Assembly (NCBI GenBank): GCA_023957245.1
Contig: JAMLHJ010000015.1
Coordinates: forward strand, 4,542-68,541
Origin: Chitinophagales bacterium
Lineage (GTDB): Bacteria > Bacteroidota > Bacteroidia > Chitinophagales > JADIYW01
Direction of reading: 5' to 3'
DNA length: 64,000 nucleotides
Below, in pieces: positions 60,115 to 64,000 of this stretch. How positions within the stretch are numbered: position 1 is the first letter of the stretch; each line of letters opens with the position of its first letter. The translations under genes and the position numbers were made by a program. Below the pieces are notes generated by a model, which worked only from the letters and a program-made list of their open reading frames with translations, did not search any database and was not told the origin of the DNA.

Positions 60115-60262
60115 AAACCAGCCCATAACAGCACCTACCCAAAAGTGGCGGTTCAGTGGTTAAATCAAGCTTTATGCTTCTATCAAAGTTTGTGCTTGGT
60201 TGACAGTAAAATGCTTCGAATTCGCCACCTTCGGGTAGCTGCGAACCGTTATAGCCAATAGC
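60115..60262 (+). mobile_element. attC-like site 3
   Basis: Left GCCCATAAC; inner arms GCACCTACCC..AAGTGGCG / CGCCACCTTCGGGTAGCTGC; right GTTATAGCC at 60248. Confidence 0.85.
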
Positions 60263-60297
60263 TGGACAAACGCACCGCAAAAATACTATCGACAGAA

Positions 60298-63159
60298 ATG
60301 TTTGAAATCAGAAAAGGAACAGCGACTAAAAATTACGAAAATACTTTTTTCAGGGAATTTGCAGACAATCTGAAAAAGATGTTTGACAAGTATTCGCTTG
60401 ACGGGTTACTTATTGCCAATTCTGAATGTGAAGCAGAAAGCAGACTTCAAATTGACGCTTTACTGATTACACCAAAAGCAGTTTGTATAATTGACTTCAA
60501 AAACTTTGGTGGTAAAATTACATTACCCAAAAATGCAAAATCAGAATTTGACTTTGGTGTTTGGACAAATGAAAATGGCGAACAAATAAAAGGCGGTAGT
60601 TCTATAAATCCGTTTATACAACTAAAAACACAAAAAGAACGCTTTATCAAAGTAGTAGAAAAGCACATACAACCAAAACTGCCACTTCGTGGCAGTTCGT
60701 TTAATGCGTTTCATACTGTTAGAGCCGTTTGTTTTCAGAAACCAATTGAATTGAATGGCAAAATTCCATCAAATGAAGAATTGAACTTTTTCATTTTTGA
60801 CAAGAACAATTATCTTGAAACCATCAAAGATATAATTGACATCAATGACAAAGATGTTACTCTAACAATAGAGGCTTTTGACCTTTTTAAAGAAGTTTTC
60901 AGAGCCGACATTTTTGACACTTCCGAAAAATATGACCAAACAAACGATTTTACTTCTTATCATACCGAATTAGATTTTGAAAATCTTTATCCTGACCAAA
61001 AATCGGCTCTCAATGAAATTGAAAATTTCATTAAATCTGAAGAAGAAAAGATTTTTGTTTTGCAAGGAACTTCATTAAGTGGAAAAACACATTTAATTCC
61101 ATTCATTCAAGAAGTTGCGTTTAATAATCAAATTACGGAAGTGAAATTATTTGCTTCATCAAGTCGAATTTCTAATAATCTTTTAAAAAGTTCAAATTTA
61201 GAATTTGAAAGCATTTACTCATACATCTACGGGGGAAACTCAACAATCGTAAACGAAGAAGAAAGTGAAGAAGAAAACGAAAATTCTTTGAATTTGGAAG
61301 TCGTTCCGCTTTTAAAATCTGACGATACGGAAGAAGCAATTTTTATCGTTGATGAAGCTCATTTAATTTCGGACAATTATCATCAATCCGTTGATTTAAG
61401 GTTTGGTTCAGGTAAATTACTAAAAGATTTTTTGGAATTTTCAGACTTGAAAAATACCAAAAGAAAAGTAATTTTCATTGGAGATAGTTTTCAACTATCA
61501 TTAGGCAAAAAAGAAGAAGCGTCATTAAATCCTGAATATTTGAATGAAGAATACGGTTTTAAAAACAAAGCATTTCAACTAATTGACAAAGAAAACAAAT
61601 CGGTCATCGTTTCAGAAGCACTCAAAGCCGTTAATTGTATTCGTCAACAATCATTTAACAATCTTTCATTCAGCTTTTCAGAGAATATAAGAACATTAGC
61701 AAAAGAAGATTTGAAGACTGAAATTGAAAGTTCGTTAAATGCAAACTCTCACATTCTTTGTTATTCAAATTCTGATGCTCAAAAAGTAAATTATTGGATT
61801 AAAAATTCCATTCTAAAAAATGGAAATGATTTGACAAAAGGCGATTTTGTCATTTTTGGCAACAATATCCGTGTCGAGGATGAAAACGACCCATTTGCAG
61901 AACCAAAGAAAATTTACAATGGACAGTTTGGAACTATTTTGAACGTTTCGGATTTAATCACAAAAGATGTAAAACTTCTTACGCCTTTGTATTTTCGTGA
62001 AACCAAAATTCAACTTAAAGAAACAAATCATATTCTTACGTTTTTGAGCTTTGAAAATTTCCGTTTGAGCGATAAAGGAGAATTATCTAAAGAAGAAATA
62101 ATTTCATTCAATATTTTACTCAATCAACTTGCCGAAAAGGAAATTTCCAACTTTAAAAGTGGTAAATATCACGCTGATGAAGATTTAAAAAGTTTATTGG
62201 AAAAATACGACCCAAAAACAAGAAAAGGAATAACTAAACTGCAAAAAGCACTTCAAAAGCATTTGAGAAACGTTCCATCATCAGAATATTACAAATACAA
62301 AAACTCGGCACAAATTCGTTTTGGTTGGGCTTTGACCGTTCACAAATCAATGTCTTACAAATGGAATGAAATATATTTCAATGTTGAAACAGGTGGCGGA
62401 AAAACAAATGAAACTTATTTCAAATGGATTTATACTGGTTTAATCAGAGCAAATCAAAAAGTTAACTTAATCAATTACGAGCCGATAAGTCCATTTTTCA
62501 AATTGACGATAAATCCAGCCGTTCCGAAAATTGACAAAGGAAAAGAGTTATTTTATGTAGCAGACATAACGACTGACTTATCAAATTTCAATAAAACAAT
62601 ATCAGAAAAATACAAGTTTCCAGATATTGAAAATAAATCTTCGTTATTACAGTTGTTTCAGTTTGTTGAAAACAAAATTTCACAAAACAACTTATCAATA
62701 AATCTAATTAATCACCCAAATTATCAGGAATTATACGAAATAAAAGGAAATTCGGGCGAAGTAGCAACAATTTCGATTTATTATAATAACAGGGGACAAT
62801 TTAGAATGCCTACTTTGATGAAATCAACACCAAAAGAATTTGGCGAAGAACTTATCAATCTTTTGAAATCAGAAAATCAGATTTCCGCCTTTGCTTTTAT
62901 CCAAAGTAATTGGAGAAAATCGGCTTATGAACAATTATATCAAAATTTAAAATCAAAAGAAATTGGTTTTGGTTACATCATTCAAGTTCCGTACAAAGAC
63001 ACAATACAATTCAATAACGGAACGGAAGCCCTTGTTGCAGATTTGTATTATGACGGAGACGGATTTTTTACATCAATGATTGCAACATCTTGCACTAACA
63101 TTGACTTTTGGGCTGAAATTCAAAATGTTTTTAACGACCTTAAAAATAACTTAACTTAA
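60298..63159 (+). CDS. NERD nuclease + SF1 (RecD-like) helicase fusion
   Basis: QIDALLI...IIDFKN NERD; GTSLSGKT, IVDEAH, FIGDSFQL, ALTVHKSMS, WIYTG. Confidence 0.85.
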   Translation: MFEIRKGTATKNYENTFFREFADNLKKMFDKYSLDGLLIANSECEAESRLQIDALLITPKAVCIIDFKNFGGKITLPKNAKSEFDFGVWTNENGEQIKGGSSINPFIQLKTQKERFIKVVEKHIQPKLPLRGSSFNAFHTVRAVCFQKPIELNGKIPSNEELNFFIFDKNNYLETIKDIIDINDKDVTLTIEAFDLFKEVFRADIFDTSEKYDQTNDFTSYHTELDFENLYPDQKSALNEIENFIKSEEEKIFVLQGTSLSGKTHLIPFIQEVAFNNQITEVKLFASSSRISNNLLKSSNLEFESIYSYIYGGNSTIVNEEESEEENENSLNLEVVPLLKSDDTEEAIFIVDEAHLISDNYHQSVDLRFGSGKLLKDFLEFSDLKNTKRKVIFIGDSFQLSLGKKEEASLNPEYLNEEYGFKNKAFQLIDKENKSVIVSEALKAVNCIRQQSFNNLSFSFSENIRTLAKEDLKTEIESSLNANSHILCYSNSDAQKVNYWIKNSILKNGNDLTKGDFVIFGNNIRVEDENDPFAEPKKIYNGQFGTILNVSDLITKDVKLLTPLYFRETKIQLKETNHILTFLSFENFRLSDKGELSKEEIISFNILLNQLAEKEISNFKSGKYHADEDLKSLLEKYDPKTRKGITKLQKALQKHLRNVPSSEYYKYKNSAQIRFGWALTVHKSMSYKWNEIYFNVETGGGKTNETYFKWIYTGLIRANQKVNLINYEPISPFFKLTINPAVPKIDKGKELFYVADITTDLSNFNKTISEKYKFPDIENKSSLLQLFQFVENKISQNNLSINLINHPNYQELYEIKGNSGEVATISIYYNNRGQFRMPTLMKSTPKEFGEELINLLKSENQISAFAFIQSNWRKSAYEQLYQNLKSKEIGFGYIIQVPYKDTIQFNNGTEALVADLYYDGDGFFTSMIATSCTNIDFWAEIQNVFNDLKNNLT

Positions 63160-64000
63160 TGGATAACCAAATTGAAACAAAGCAAGAACTTGATTCTAAA
63201 GCTAAAAGCAATTTGGAATCTAATCCAAATGAAGCAGTCAAGATTTATAAATCAATGTATGAGCAATATCCCGACCAATTTAATAGCTGGGACGCTTTTT
63301 ACTCAATTAAAGCGATGAGACTTTCTACTTCATTTGATATTTTTTGGGCAAGTGAATTGGCAGAAAAATATAAAGATGAAAAAGTATGTGGATTGTATGG
63401 TTGGCTTGTTTTTGATAAGTGTGTAAAGGGAAAAGAGCGTACAGAAATAATAAATAACGAACAACACATTTCATCACTTATAAATTTATCGTCACAGAAG
63501 AATTTAAAAGAAGATGACAAGTTTCCTTGTCCAACAACAATTTCAATTTTAAAACTATGCGATGCACACGCTGAAAATTTATTTAATGCTCGAAAAATAA
63601 ATGATTTATTGTCAGGGTTAGACTATAACTTGTTATCTGACAAAGCACAATCCATAGAAACACAGACAAGAGGCGAAGTTGAATTGTCTTCTGACCTTGA
63701 AAAATATTTTGCTCTCAAAACAAAAGCATTATTGAAACTAAACGAATTTGAATCTTGTAAAGAACTGTCTTCAATTGCACTTCAATCAATTCAAAAGTTT
63801 CATTACGATAATGATTTATGGTTTAAAATGAGAATTGCTTTATCAGAAGATGGTCTTGGTAATTCAGAAAAGAGCGAAGAATTATTTAAAGAGTTATTAA
63901 GCAGTAAAGCAGGTAGTGGCAAATGGTTTTTATATCGTGATATTTCGCAAATATATTTTGAGCAGGATAATTTTGAAAAGGCTTGGAAATATGCTGTTGA
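63159..64000 (+). CDS. TPR-like helical protein (partial, runs off window end)
   Basis: ATG overlaps the helicase stop (TAATG); open to window end: MDNQIETKQ...YGWLVFD...LWFKMRIA...KWFLYRDIS...AWKYAV. Confidence 0.75.
   Translation, partial: MDNQIETKQELDSKAKSNLESNPNEAVKIYKSMYEQYPDQFNSWDAFYSIKAMRLSTSFDIFWASELAEKYKDEKVCGLYGWLVFDKCVKGKERTEIINNEQHISSLINLSSQKNLKEDDKFPCPTTISILKLCDAHAENLFNARKINDLLSGLDYNLLSDKAQSIETQTRGEVELSSDLEKYFALKTKALLKLNEFESCKELSSIALQSIQKFHYDNDLWFKMRIALSEDGLGNSEKSEELFKELLSSKAGSGKWFLYRDISQIYFEQDNFEKAWKYAV

Larger units (their letters stand above)
44027..64000 (+). mobile_element. Integron-like gene cassette array (at least 4 cassettes, continues beyond window)
   Basis: Three attC-like hairpins with chained arm complementarity; all genes on + strand; defence cargo. 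Confidence 0.75.

Overview
AT-rich Bacteroidetes chromosome segment (T9SS C-terminal domains, TAnnTTTG promoters). Bases 1-2.8 kb hold the start of a type III R-M Res gene and an XRE regulator. Bases 3-43.7 kb are mostly housekeeping: glyA, mazG, a two-component pair, tRNA-Cys, folB, a T9SS M43 protease with 14 x 195-bp repeats, a metal P-type ATPase, an EmrAB-like pump, a HemB lacking a catalytic lysine, fbp, and a cobalamin-riboswitch-controlled BtuB/BtuG-like pair, plus two mosaic clusters of palindromic repeats. From 44.0 kb to the end is an anti-phage region that reads as an integron-like cassette array. It has an attI-like half-site at 44026 overlapping a promoter, and three attC-like hairpins (57046-57196, 58875-59025, 60115-60262). 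The left arm of each hairpin is complementary to the right arm of the PREVIOUS site, the footprint expected of cassettes inserted as circles. The cassettes are: a 13.2-kb type I R-M operon with an E2-type CBASS (CD-NTase, E2, HNH-SAVED) interleaved among the hsd genes; a deoxyribosyltransferase-like/TPR + TIR pair; a lipoprotein + membrane protein pair; and a NERD-helicase + TPR pair running off the window. No integrase gene is visible. All protein calls come from motif recognition by eye, not database searches.
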